IMG/VR virus record: IMGVR_UViG_3300031992_000079
Span: 1 to 64,000 of that record
Length of the DNA: 64,000 nucleotides
Source: a virus
Taxonomy: Duplodnaviria; Caudoviricetes
Reading direction: 5' to 3' (one strand)
Shown here: positions 16,941-25,049 of the stretch, piece by piece
Numbering within the stretch: position 1 is the first letter of the stretch
How the letters are laid out: each line of letters starts with the position of its first letter
Translations under genes and position numbers: made by a program
Notes under the pieces: generated by a model
The model's input: only the letters and a program-made list of their open reading frames with translations
The model's database searches: none
What the model was told of the DNA's origin: nothing

Positions 16941-17359
16941 GATACAAACAAGTCTCTCTCTGCATCTCTGCGTTTCTCTAAACCTTTAGAGGGTTTATGA
17001 TTAGCATAGATCCACTTGTTAAACTGCTCTGCTGCTGCTGCATACCAGTTCTTTCTAAGATACTTAAACATAGTAGATGTTCTGAATGCTTGAATACCTA
17101 TATTGAACATAAAGCAAATCAAGGCATCATACTGATTCTGAGAAAGGGCGAAGCCATAAGAATTAAGAGCATCTTCAAACTTAGATAAGTCCTGCTTAAG
17201 TAACTCCTCTGCTTTATCCTGGGTTATCTTATCTCCCTTATTTACTCCTTCAGTATGACCATATCCAATAGTCCATACTCCAGCAGGACATAAGTAAGCA
17301 GTAAGCTTACAGCCTTCAAATTGTTTAATAAGGTTAATACCCTTCTCACTTATATTCAT
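16937..17359 (-). CDS. Endolysin, GH24 lysozyme
   Basis: FEG...Y.CPAGVWTIGYGHT, QNQYDAL..F.FNIG, GLEKRRDAE. Confidence 0.93.
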   Translation of the reverse strand: MNISEKGINLIKQFEGCKLTAYLCPAGVWTIGYGHTEGVNKGDKITQDKAEELLKQDLSKFEDALNSYGFALSQNQYDALICFMFNIGIQAFRTSTMFKYLRKNWYAAAAEQFNKWIYANHKPSKGLEKRRDAERDLFVS

Positions 17360-17667
17360 TTGTTCAATATCTCCTGTAAGGAATATATCTTGTTAAGGTC
17401 ATTCTCTTGGATATGCACTTTACCTGCTAATTGCTCTTTAGAATCTTCATCTTTAAGAGTATAGATATTATGGTATCCCTCTACTAGGAAGAACTTGTAA
17501 TAGCCATTAGCATTAGTTTTATAGGCACTCCTTAAGCCTTTAACACTACCTTTGGAATCAGTAGCTTCAGCAATAATAGTATAAGACTTTAAGGGATTTT
17601 TCATAGGGTCTAATAAGTAACCCTGTAACTGTGCTGTAATAGGATTCTTAGATGTATATGTGGTCAT
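17356..17667 (-). CDS. Stand-alone tail-fibre N-terminal (lambda Stf-N-like) domain protein
   Basis: LQGYLLDP..NP....TI...A...TNANGYY.F.L.EG....AGKV.I...SLQEIL mirrors Stf N-terminal ISGVLKDG.GKP...GRYSM...AGTITV...TLNDFL. Confidence 0.55.
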   Translation of the reverse strand: MTTYTSKNPITAQLQGYLLDPMKNPLKSYTIIAEATDSKGSVKGLRSAYKTNANGYYKFFLVEGYHNIYTLKDEDSKEQLAGKVHIQENDLNKIYSLQEILNK

Positions 17668-17734
17668 TCTGGTTTCCTTGTTTTACTGGTTTAGTCCGCT
17701 ATAATAAGATTAAATCAGTTATGGCAAGGAATTT

Positions 17735-17992
17735 ATGGGTAAGAGAAAATACAACATTGAAACAGAGAGTTATCAATGTAATGAAGTTAATATCTTCTCA
17801 GAGTATGATAATGAAGAGGATTTAAGAAGAGCTTACAGAGCATTTGTTAAGGAGAATGGAACCAGTACCTTCATTAACAGACACTTTACTCTGAGGATGA
17901 ATGAACTGGATATGATTTACAATGCTAATGCAAGCTCTAAAGAACTACTGGCTAAAAGAAGAGATGAAATAGGTTATACACACCTTAGTTAG
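17735..17992 (+). CDS. Lone plus-strand hypothetical protein
   Basis: AAGGA RBS and an upstream TATAAT at about 17700. Confidence 0.5.
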   Translation: MGKRKYNIETESYQCNEVNIFSEYDNEEDLRRAYRAFVKENGTSTFINRHFTLRMNELDMIYNANASSKELLAKRRDEIGYTHLS

Positions 17993-18419
17993 TAGAACCA
18001 AATCCTCCATCACCTCTGCCTGTAACAGACAGTTCATTAGCTATCTCAATATCTACTTTCTTGAAAGGTACAATAAGTACCTGAAAGGCTCTTTCACCTC
18101 TCTTAAATCTAATAGTATCTCCCCAGGAGTTCTCTCCCTGTTCATCAATTACAATGTGAGCAATCCACTCACCTCTGTAATCAGCATCAATAACTCCTAC
18201 AGTATTCCTAAGAGCAATACCTCTCATACCAGCAGAAGAACGAGGCAGCAACAAGGCTACATGACCCTCTGGCACTTCAGCAGCAAAGCCAAGATTGATT
18301 ACTGTATCTCTGCCTACTACCAGTTCTACATCCTCCTGAAAGTAAATATCTAAGCCACCAGAGAGGTCTCTCTTATACTCTGGCTTAATGAAGTTATCTA
18401 CTAAAGGCAAAATCTTCAT
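17985..18419 (-). CDS. dut: Trimeric dUTPase
   Basis: SGGLD, LLPRSS, GVIDADYRGE, RAFQ and RGDGGFGST motifs. Confidence 0.95.
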   Translation of the reverse strand: MKILPLVDNFIKPEYKRDLSGGLDIYFQEDVELVVGRDTVINLGFAAEVPEGHVALLLPRSSAGMRGIALRNTVGVIDADYRGEWIAHIVIDEQGENSWGDTIRFKRGERAFQVLIVPFKKVDIEIANELSVTGRGDGGFGSTN

Positions 18420-18440
18420 AAAAAATTTCCTTAAAAATAG

Positions 18441-18470
18441 TTGACATTATCAAAAATGCTTATTTAGGAT
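18441..18470 (+). promoter_or_regulatory. Sigma70-type late promoter for the portal operon
   Basis: TTGACA-N18-TAGGAT; N4 late genes use host sigma70 RNAP. Confidence 0.6.
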
Positions 18471-18497
18471 TCCCAACAATTTTTATGGGAGTCACTA

Positions 18498-20846
18498 ATG
18501 GCATTGACTGAATGGAACAATGAGCCATCTGTTTCTATATTACAAGCCGATTTACATAATTGCAAATCAGCCCATAATGAACAGGTTAGGAAAATTGACC
18601 GTTGGTTAAGAGCTTTAGCTGCACCTCCTCTGGAGATTAAAGATCCTACTAGAAGTAAGATAATGCCTAAGCTCATTAGGAAGCAAGCAGAATGGAGATA
18701 TGCTTCTTTAAGTGAGCCATTTTTATCTGAACCTAATATCTTTAAGATTAATCCCATATCCTTTGAAGACTCCTATGCTGCAAAGCAAAATGAACTGGTA
18801 TTGAATAATCAGTTCAATACACAGATAAATAAAATCCAGTTGATAGATGAATACATCAGAGATGCAGTTAATAAAGGTACTGCTATTCTCAGAGTAGACT
18901 GGGTTGAGAAAAGAGAAGTAACTGATGTTCCTACTCCTAGATATGAATTACAGGCTGTAGACCCATCAGATATTAAGGCTGTAAACAGATTCAACAGAAT
19001 ACAGCAAAAATACAATGATACTCTGTATATGCAGAATGTACCTATACAGTGGGTAGATGCTATAGACAGAGCACAGCAGGAGACACAGCAAAGAGAAGCT
19101 CAGATACAGCAAGAGATGCAGATGCGATTACAGCAGATGCAGCAAACTATGCCTCCTGAGGAATTTGAACAAATGGCTCAACAAGCTCAGCAGGAAATGC
19201 AAGCACAGTTAGAGCAATTACCTCCTATTATGTATGAACCAATACAAGTAGGAATGTTTATAAACCAGGAAGAAAAAGTAATTAATAAACCTTCTATAAA
19301 GGTATGTGATTATAGGAGAGTATTTGTAGACCCTTCATGTGAAGATAATCTAGATGATGCTGAATATATCATCTATGCTTTTTCTTCCTGTAAAGCAGAT
19401 TTAATGGCAGATGGCAGATACCAGAATGTAGAACAAATACCTGATACTGCTACTGTGGATTATGAACTCTTTAACTATGAAGATGTTCTTAAAGACCCTG
19501 CCAGAAAGAAGCTTACTGTATATGAGTATTGGGGTAACTGGGATGTAAATGGTGATGGTAATAAGATACCTATTGTTGCCACATGGGTAAGTGATGTAAT
19601 GATAAGGTTAGAAGAAAATCCTTATCCAGACCATAAACCTCCCTTTGTATTTGTTCCTCTGTTACCTGTATGTGAGAGTGTATATGGAGAACCAGATGGT
19701 GCTCTCTTAGGTGATAATCAGGCTATCAGCGGAGCTGTTACAAGAGGTATTATTGATACTTTTGGCAGAAGTGCAGCAAGCCAGATTGCTATTACTAAAG
19801 ATGCTTTAGACCCTATCAATAGAAAAGCATTTCATGAAGGCAGGGATTTTGAAATTAATCCTGGTATTCCTGCTAATCAAGCTATCTATCAATTTACCTT
19901 CCCTGAGTTACCTCAAGCACCATTTGCATTTCTACAGTCATTACAGCAAGAAGCAGAAGCTCTTACTGGTGTAAAGACTTATTCAGAAGGTATTACAGAC
20001 CAGTCACTTGGTAATACTGCTACTGGTATTAGAAATGTATTAGATGCTTCTAGCAAGAGAGAGATGGCTATTCTGCGTAGGTTAGCAGATGGCATTAAGA
20101 AAGTAGCAAGAAAGATTATTGCTATGAATGCTCTCTGGCTTAATGACACAGAAGTAATAAGGATTACTAATCAGGACTTTGTAGAAATACACAGAGATGA
20201 TTTAGCAGGTAACTTTGATTTAGAGATTGCTATTACCAGTGCAGAAGAGAATGTAGCTAAAGCAGAGTCTTTGGCTTTTATGCTTCAGACACTTGGTAAT
20301 ACTGTAGACCAAGGTATGACTCAGATGATTCTTTCTGAGATATGTGAACTTAGAAAGATGCCTGAGTTAGCAGAAAGAGTTAGAAGATTCCAGCCTCCTC
20401 CTCCTGACCCTATGCAAGAGCAGATGATGCAGATGCAAATGCAGATGATGCAAGCACAGATAGCTAAGCTTGAAGCAGAAGTACAGAAAGTACAAGCAGA
20501 TGCTCAACTCTCTGGAGCTAAGGCTCAGAGTGAAATGGTTGAAGCTCAGTACAAGCCTCAAGAGGTTATGGGCAGAGCTGAAGGTGAGATGGCTAAGGCT
20601 GAATACACTCGTACTATGGCTAGGAAGCTTGACCAAGAGTATATGGACTCTGTGGCTGGTATTCAGCACCAGAGAGATATGGAACTTATGGGAGCACAGG
20701 CTAAAGCACAGGCTGATAAATCTATGCAGGAAATGGGAATGAACTATGCACTTGAGATGGAGAAACTGAAGCAGAAGCGTGAGGACTCCTTACTCAAGTA
20801 CAGAGCAGCTCAACTCAAGGCAAAAGACAAGAAAGGAAGTCTATAA
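18498..20846 (+). CDS. Portal protein (N4 gp59-like)
   Basis: MPKLIRKQAEWRYASLSEPFL, GNWDVNGDG, IRLEENPYPD, GEPDGALL; size and position. Confidence 0.93.
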   Translation: MALTEWNNEPSVSILQADLHNCKSAHNEQVRKIDRWLRALAAPPLEIKDPTRSKIMPKLIRKQAEWRYASLSEPFLSEPNIFKINPISFEDSYAAKQNELVLNNQFNTQINKIQLIDEYIRDAVNKGTAILRVDWVEKREVTDVPTPRYELQAVDPSDIKAVNRFNRIQQKYNDTLYMQNVPIQWVDAIDRAQQETQQREAQIQQEMQMRLQQMQQTMPPEEFEQMAQQAQQEMQAQLEQLPPIMYEPIQVGMFINQEEKVINKPSIKVCDYRRVFVDPSCEDNLDDAEYIIYAFSSCKADLMADGRYQNVEQIPDTATVDYELFNYEDVLKDPARKKLTVYEYWGNWDVNGDGNKIPIVATWVSDVMIRLEENPYPDHKPPFVFVPLLPVCESVYGEPDGALLGDNQAISGAVTRGIIDTFGRSAASQIAITKDALDPINRKAFHEGRDFEINPGIPANQAIYQFTFPELPQAPFAFLQSLQQEAEALTGVKTYSEGITDQSLGNTATGIRNVLDASSKREMAILRRLADGIKKVARKIIAMNALWLNDTEVIRITNQDFVEIHRDDLAGNFDLEIAITSAEENVAKAESLAFMLQTLGNTVDQGMTQMILSEICELRKMPELAERVRRFQPPPPDPMQEQMMQMQMQMMQAQIAKLEAEVQKVQADAQLSGAKAQSEMVEAQYKPQEVMGRAEGEMAKAEYTRTMARKLDQEYMDSVAGIQHQRDMELMGAQAKAQADKSMQEMGMNYALEMEKLKQKREDSLLKYRAAQLKAKDKKGSL

Positions 20847-21145
20847 TGGAAGACCAAACTAAAGCACTACAAGATAGTATTAGACTTGGTGATTTACTTA
20901 ATCAGCTTAAGACTAATGCTGCTTTTAAAGAGTTAATCCTTAAGGGATATATTGATGATGGTATTGCAGGTAATATGACTGCATTACCTTTCTCTGGTAA
21001 TAAAGACCAGAGAGAAAGACTTAATGATAATTTACTGGCTATAGCCAAGTTTAAGAATTACTTAGACATGATTGAGCATACAGCAGATAAGGCTAAGTAT
21101 ATGCTAGAGAATCCTGAGGAGGAAGACAATCATGAGTCTGAGTGA
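20846..21145 (+). CDS. Conserved head-module protein (N4 gp58-like)
   Basis: L..N..FK.LI..GY pattern; synteny between portal and scaffold. Confidence 0.65.
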   Translation: MEDQTKALQDSIRLGDLLNQLKTNAAFKELILKGYIDDGIAGNMTALPFSGNKDQRERLNDNLLAIAKFKNYLDMIEHTADKAKYMLENPEEEDNHESE

Positions 21146-22277
21146 TGAGGAGTTTTCCTCCATTCCAGTAGATACTGCAATGGAAAGAATTGATGCTGAA
21201 GTAGAGAGATATGGTCAGGAATTAGACCAATACAATCAGCAACAAGAACAAGTACAGCAGGATTATGCTCCTGCTGAACAGCAGAATTATTCAGAACAGG
21301 ACTCTGGTCAGCAAGTTCAGCCAGAGCAACCTCAGCTTGATCCCAATGTCTATAAAGAGGCTTATGATTTTATCATGCAGCCTTTTAAGGCAGCAGGAAA
21401 GGAGTTTCAGTTAAGAGACTTCCATGAGGCAAGAGGACTGATGCAGCAGGGTATTGACTATACCAAGAAGCAGCAACAACTCAAACCTCGGTTAATGGAG
21501 ATGAGAGCATTAGAGAATAATGGCATGTTAGGTGAAAACCTTAACTATGCTATTGACCTCTTTCAGGGTAAACCTGAAGCAGTTGCTAAACTCATCAGGG
21601 ATAGGAAAATTGATTTAAATTCTCTCCAGACAGGCGAAGCCCATGATGAATGGGGTAATCCTACAGGAGAGGTTAAAGATGAATATGTTCCTACAAACCA
21701 TAGGCTTACTGAATCTCAGTATGAACTTGAAGACACTATCCAGGAACTGAAGCAGTCTCCTCAGTATGAGAAACTGTCTAAGTACCTCAATGGAATTGAT
21801 GATGCATCTGGAAGACATTTCTTCAATAACCCTAAGGATTTAAAGATCCTTCAGAAGATGATTGAGTCTGGCTACCATGATGAGGTCATTAATGAAATTG
21901 ACTATCTTCGTGCAGTGAATAATCCTAGTGTAGCTGGGTTAAATGACTATGATGCCTATAACCGTGTAGGCAGAATGATTGTAGAGCGTAAATATGCTCA
22001 GTTGCAACAGCAGCAAGGTATTCCTAACCAGAATGCACCTGTTCCTCAGCAACAGCAATTCTATAACAATCAGCAACCACAATTAACTCCTGTACAGCAA
22101 CAGCAGATGTATCAGCAGTATCAACAGCAGATGCAGATGCAACAAAGGAAGCAAAGTGTAAGTCCTGTTAGGAATACTGGAAGAATAGCACCTCCAAAGC
22201 AATATGACCCGCTGTTCTCCAATGTTTCTGATGAGGAATTTGCTAAGATTGATATTAATGAATTGATGAGGAATTAA
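21132..22277 (+). CDS. Scaffold / 'tape measure' (N4 gp57-like)
   Basis: QPFKAAGKEF...LMQQGIDYTKK...L.P; acidic, Gln-rich ends. Confidence 0.8.
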   Translation: MSLSDEEFSSIPVDTAMERIDAEVERYGQELDQYNQQQEQVQQDYAPAEQQNYSEQDSGQQVQPEQPQLDPNVYKEAYDFIMQPFKAAGKEFQLRDFHEARGLMQQGIDYTKKQQQLKPRLMEMRALENNGMLGENLNYAIDLFQGKPEAVAKLIRDRKIDLNSLQTGEAHDEWGNPTGEVKDEYVPTNHRLTESQYELEDTIQELKQSPQYEKLSKYLNGIDDASGRHFFNNPKDLKILQKMIESGYHDEVINEIDYLRAVNNPSVAGLNDYDAYNRVGRMIVERKYAQLQQQQGIPNQNAPVPQQQQFYNNQQPQLTPVQQQQMYQQYQQQMQMQQRKQSVSPVRNTGRIAPPKQYDPLFSNVSDEEFAKIDINELMRN

Positions 22278-22278
22278 A

Positions 22279-23634
22279 ATGCCTGATTATATCTATAATC
22301 AAACAGGTTATACTGATACCAATAGCAATACTATCTCTTATGGTATGCAGTATGGTAATGGTGGTCGGCAAGCTTCTACTGTAGTTGATGCTACCCATGG
22401 CTATGTTAATTATGGTACTGGTAATACTACTGACACTGGTACTTATAAGAAGCAACTGGTCAATGACTACTGGATTCGTGATGCTCTTATTGAGGCTGCT
22501 AAGACACAGGTCTTCCAGAAGTTAGGTACTGTTCGTAACCTTGCTCCTAACAATGGTAAGTACCTGAAGCAGTATGTCTGGTTCCCTCTGCTGGATGACC
22601 GTAACATTAATGACCAGGGTATTGATGCTACTGGTGTTTACTATGCCAATGGTAATATGTATGGTTCTTCCAAGGATATTTCTACCATTACTGGTAAGCT
22701 CCCTGTCCTGAGTGAGAATGGTGGTCGGTATAACCGTGTTGGTTTTACTCGTGCTGTCATTGAGGGAACTATCAAGAAGGTTGGTTACTTCTTTGAGTTC
22801 ACTAAGGATATGCTTCAGTTTGACACTCAAGCTGACCTGCTGCAACACATGAACCGTGAGGCTATGCGTGGTGCATCAGAGATGGTTGAGGACTTCATCC
22901 AACTGGAGTTAATCAATGGTGCTGGTGTTAATTACTACTGTGGTTCTGCTACTACCAATGCTACTATGACTGGTGGTACTACAGCACCTTGTGAGCTGAC
23001 TTATAAGGACCTGCTGAAGCTTTCTCAGATGCTTGTGGATAACAAGGTTGAGAAGTCTTACAAGATGTTCACTGGTTCTCAGAACACTGATACCAAGACT
23101 GTTGCTGGTGGTTGGACTATCTATGTGCAGCCTGAGTTACGTCAGACTCTGATGACTATGGTTGACCTCTTTAATCAGCCTGCTTTTGTTCCTGTTGAGA
23201 AATATGCTGCTGGTGGGAACATCGTTGAGGGTGAAATTGGTAAGGTTCTGGATTTCCGGTTTGTTGAGGTTCAGGAAATGCTCCGTTGGGAGGGTGCTGG
23301 TGCTTCTACTACCCTTACTCCTGCATCTGGTACTGAGGGACAACAAGGTTATACTCCTGCTGTAGTGGATGAGGGCTATATTAACAATGGCTCTAAGTAC
23401 ACTGTCTTCCCTCTGCTTATCATAGGTAATGAGTCCTTCTGCAACATTGGCTTCCGTGGTAATGGTAAGTCTCATAATTTTGAGATTATCCAGAAGATGC
23501 CTGGAGCTGAGACTGCTGATATTCATCATGATCCTTATGGTGAGCATGGATTCTGGTCTATCAAGTGGTGGTATGGAACTATGATTACTCGTCCTGAGCG
23601 TCTGTTCTGTATTCATACTCTTGCTAAGGCATAA
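22279..23634 (+). CDS. Major capsid protein (N4 gp56-like)
   Basis: PLLDDRNINDQGIDA, KDISTITGKLPVLSENGGR.NRVGF, DPYGE.GF.SIKW.YG....RPER. Confidence 0.96.
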   Translation: MPDYIYNQTGYTDTNSNTISYGMQYGNGGRQASTVVDATHGYVNYGTGNTTDTGTYKKQLVNDYWIRDALIEAAKTQVFQKLGTVRNLAPNNGKYLKQYVWFPLLDDRNINDQGIDATGVYYANGNMYGSSKDISTITGKLPVLSENGGRYNRVGFTRAVIEGTIKKVGYFFEFTKDMLQFDTQADLLQHMNREAMRGASEMVEDFIQLELINGAGVNYYCGSATTNATMTGGTTAPCELTYKDLLKLSQMLVDNKVEKSYKMFTGSQNTDTKTVAGGWTIYVQPELRQTLMTMVDLFNQPAFVPVEKYAAGGNIVEGEIGKVLDFRFVEVQEMLRWEGAGASTTLTPASGTEGQQGYTPAVVDEGYINNGSKYTVFPLLIIGNESFCNIGFRGNGKSHNFEIIQKMPGAETADIHHDPYGEHGFWSIKWWYGTMITRPERLFCIHTLAKA

Positions 23635-23657
23635 GAGATAATTTTATTAATGATTAT

Positions 23658-23683
23658 GGCTACCTCATGTGAGGTAGCCTTTT
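23658..23683 (+). terminator. Terminator after the major capsid gene
   Basis: GGCTACCTC-atgt-GAGGTAGCC followed by TTTT. Confidence 0.8.
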
Positions 23684-23700
23684 AAGTAAGGAAACAAATC

Positions 23701-24243
23701 ATGGCAACCAAAGAATCAGTAAATTCCGGTGAAATGACTACTGAAGAACTTAGGGCTAAAGCCAAGTCATTAGGAATTAGATTTACTAAGAATACCTCAG
23801 ATGATGTATTACTTGATAAGATTGAAGCAGCAGAGAAAGACCCCAGAAGGGTTATTAACAATGAGACCTCTGAAAGCAGAAAGGTTTCTAAGGCATTACG
23901 CAGAGTAGAAGTAGCTCCTCTTAATCCTATGGAGCAGAATCTTCCTGCTAAGTATATTTCTTTTGCTAACAGATACGTTACTGTAAGTAAGGCTGTTCAG
24001 TTTAATACTCCTATCTTCTTAGAGAAGTGCATTATTGAAATGCTTAAGGAGCAGAAGTTTTTGTATGTAAAGGACAATACTGAGAAGCATTCCTTACAGA
24101 AGTCACCAGAGAAGGTGTATAAGCCTGCTTATCAGATTACAGAGTTAGGTACTCCTACAGAGGAAGAGTGGAATAATGACCCTCAGTGGAAGAAGATGAG
24201 AACAGATAAGCAGCTTGCTAATCTGGCTAATGAGGGTAAGTAA
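23701..24243 (+). CDS. Virion protein (N4 gp55-like)
   Basis: LRAKAKSLGI.F..N...LL.KI; RRV.V.PLNP; synteny. Confidence 0.65.
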   Translation: MATKESVNSGEMTTEELRAKAKSLGIRFTKNTSDDVLLDKIEAAEKDPRRVINNETSESRKVSKALRRVEVAPLNPMEQNLPAKYISFANRYVTVSKAVQFNTPIFLEKCIIEMLKEQKFLYVKDNTEKHSLQKSPEKVYKPAYQITELGTPTEEEWNNDPQWKKMRTDKQLANLANEGK

Positions 24244-25049
24244 TGGATAAGACTTTAGCTGAATGCCTAGACTCCTTTACTGAGAATAACCTTCAAGGTA
24301 ATGGATACTTTGACAGGATAATGGGGTCTATAGAACTCCACATTCATGATGAGTTTGATAAGAACAGAATTACTGGTGCTAATTATGCCCAGAGTTATAT
24401 AGCAGCTATTCAGGCTGCTTTACAGAGTTCTACTCAGTTACTTATTCAAGCTCCTGACTTAGAGTTAAAGAGAATTCAACTTGAAGAAGCCAAGGTAAAA
24501 CTAGAAGCAGCTAAAGTTCAATTAGAAATAGCCGGACTGGAGAAGGAAAAGCTCAAGTGGGAAATTGAAAAGCTTAAGGTGGACTTAGAGATTGCTAAGG
24601 TTCAGCTTGAGATTGAGAAAGCAAAGCTTGAGCTTCTTCCTTTCCAGAAAGAGTTATTAAGATGGCAAGCTGTTAGTGAACAAGCTAACACCTGCGATAT
24701 AGTTAATAATGAGGAGAGTTGTTATGCTGGAGCTATTACCAATATACATGGCTTATATGGTACGAAACTCAAAGCCGAAAACACACAAATAGAGTTATCG
24801 GAGAAAGCTGCATATCTTAATGTAGCAGAGAAGTTAGTTACACATCCATTTAGTGTAATTGAATCTGCTGAAGGAGTAGGTGCTTCTTACTTTGGCTTAA
24901 ATGGTTCTAATGGTATTGAGATTCTCAATAAGGTTAGAAAAGCTTATGGTATGACTCCTTTAGATACTACTACTCATGCAGGTGAGCATGCAGAGTATAT
25001 GAACACATATGCTCCTGATGCTACTGTAGAAAACAGTGGTGACTCATGA
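24243..25049 (+). CDS. Structural/tail protein (N4 gp54-like)
   Basis: G.G.FD.IM......EFDKNRITGA.YA; heptad repeats. Confidence 0.75.
   Translation: MDKTLAECLDSFTENNLQGNGYFDRIMGSIELHIHDEFDKNRITGANYAQSYIAAIQAALQSSTQLLIQAPDLELKRIQLEEAKVKLEAAKVQLEIAGLEKEKLKWEIEKLKVDLEIAKVQLEIEKAKLELLPFQKELLRWQAVSEQANTCDIVNNEESCYAGAITNIHGLYGTKLKAENTQIELSEKAAYLNVAEKLVTHPFSVIESAEGVGASYFGLNGSNGIEILNKVRKAYGMTPLDTTTHAGEHAEYMNTYAPDATVENSGDS

Noticed and set aside
1473-21641. GGC-GAA-GCC at about 1474, 17147 and 21634
   Set aside because: 3-4-bp stems within coding sequence; explainable by codons
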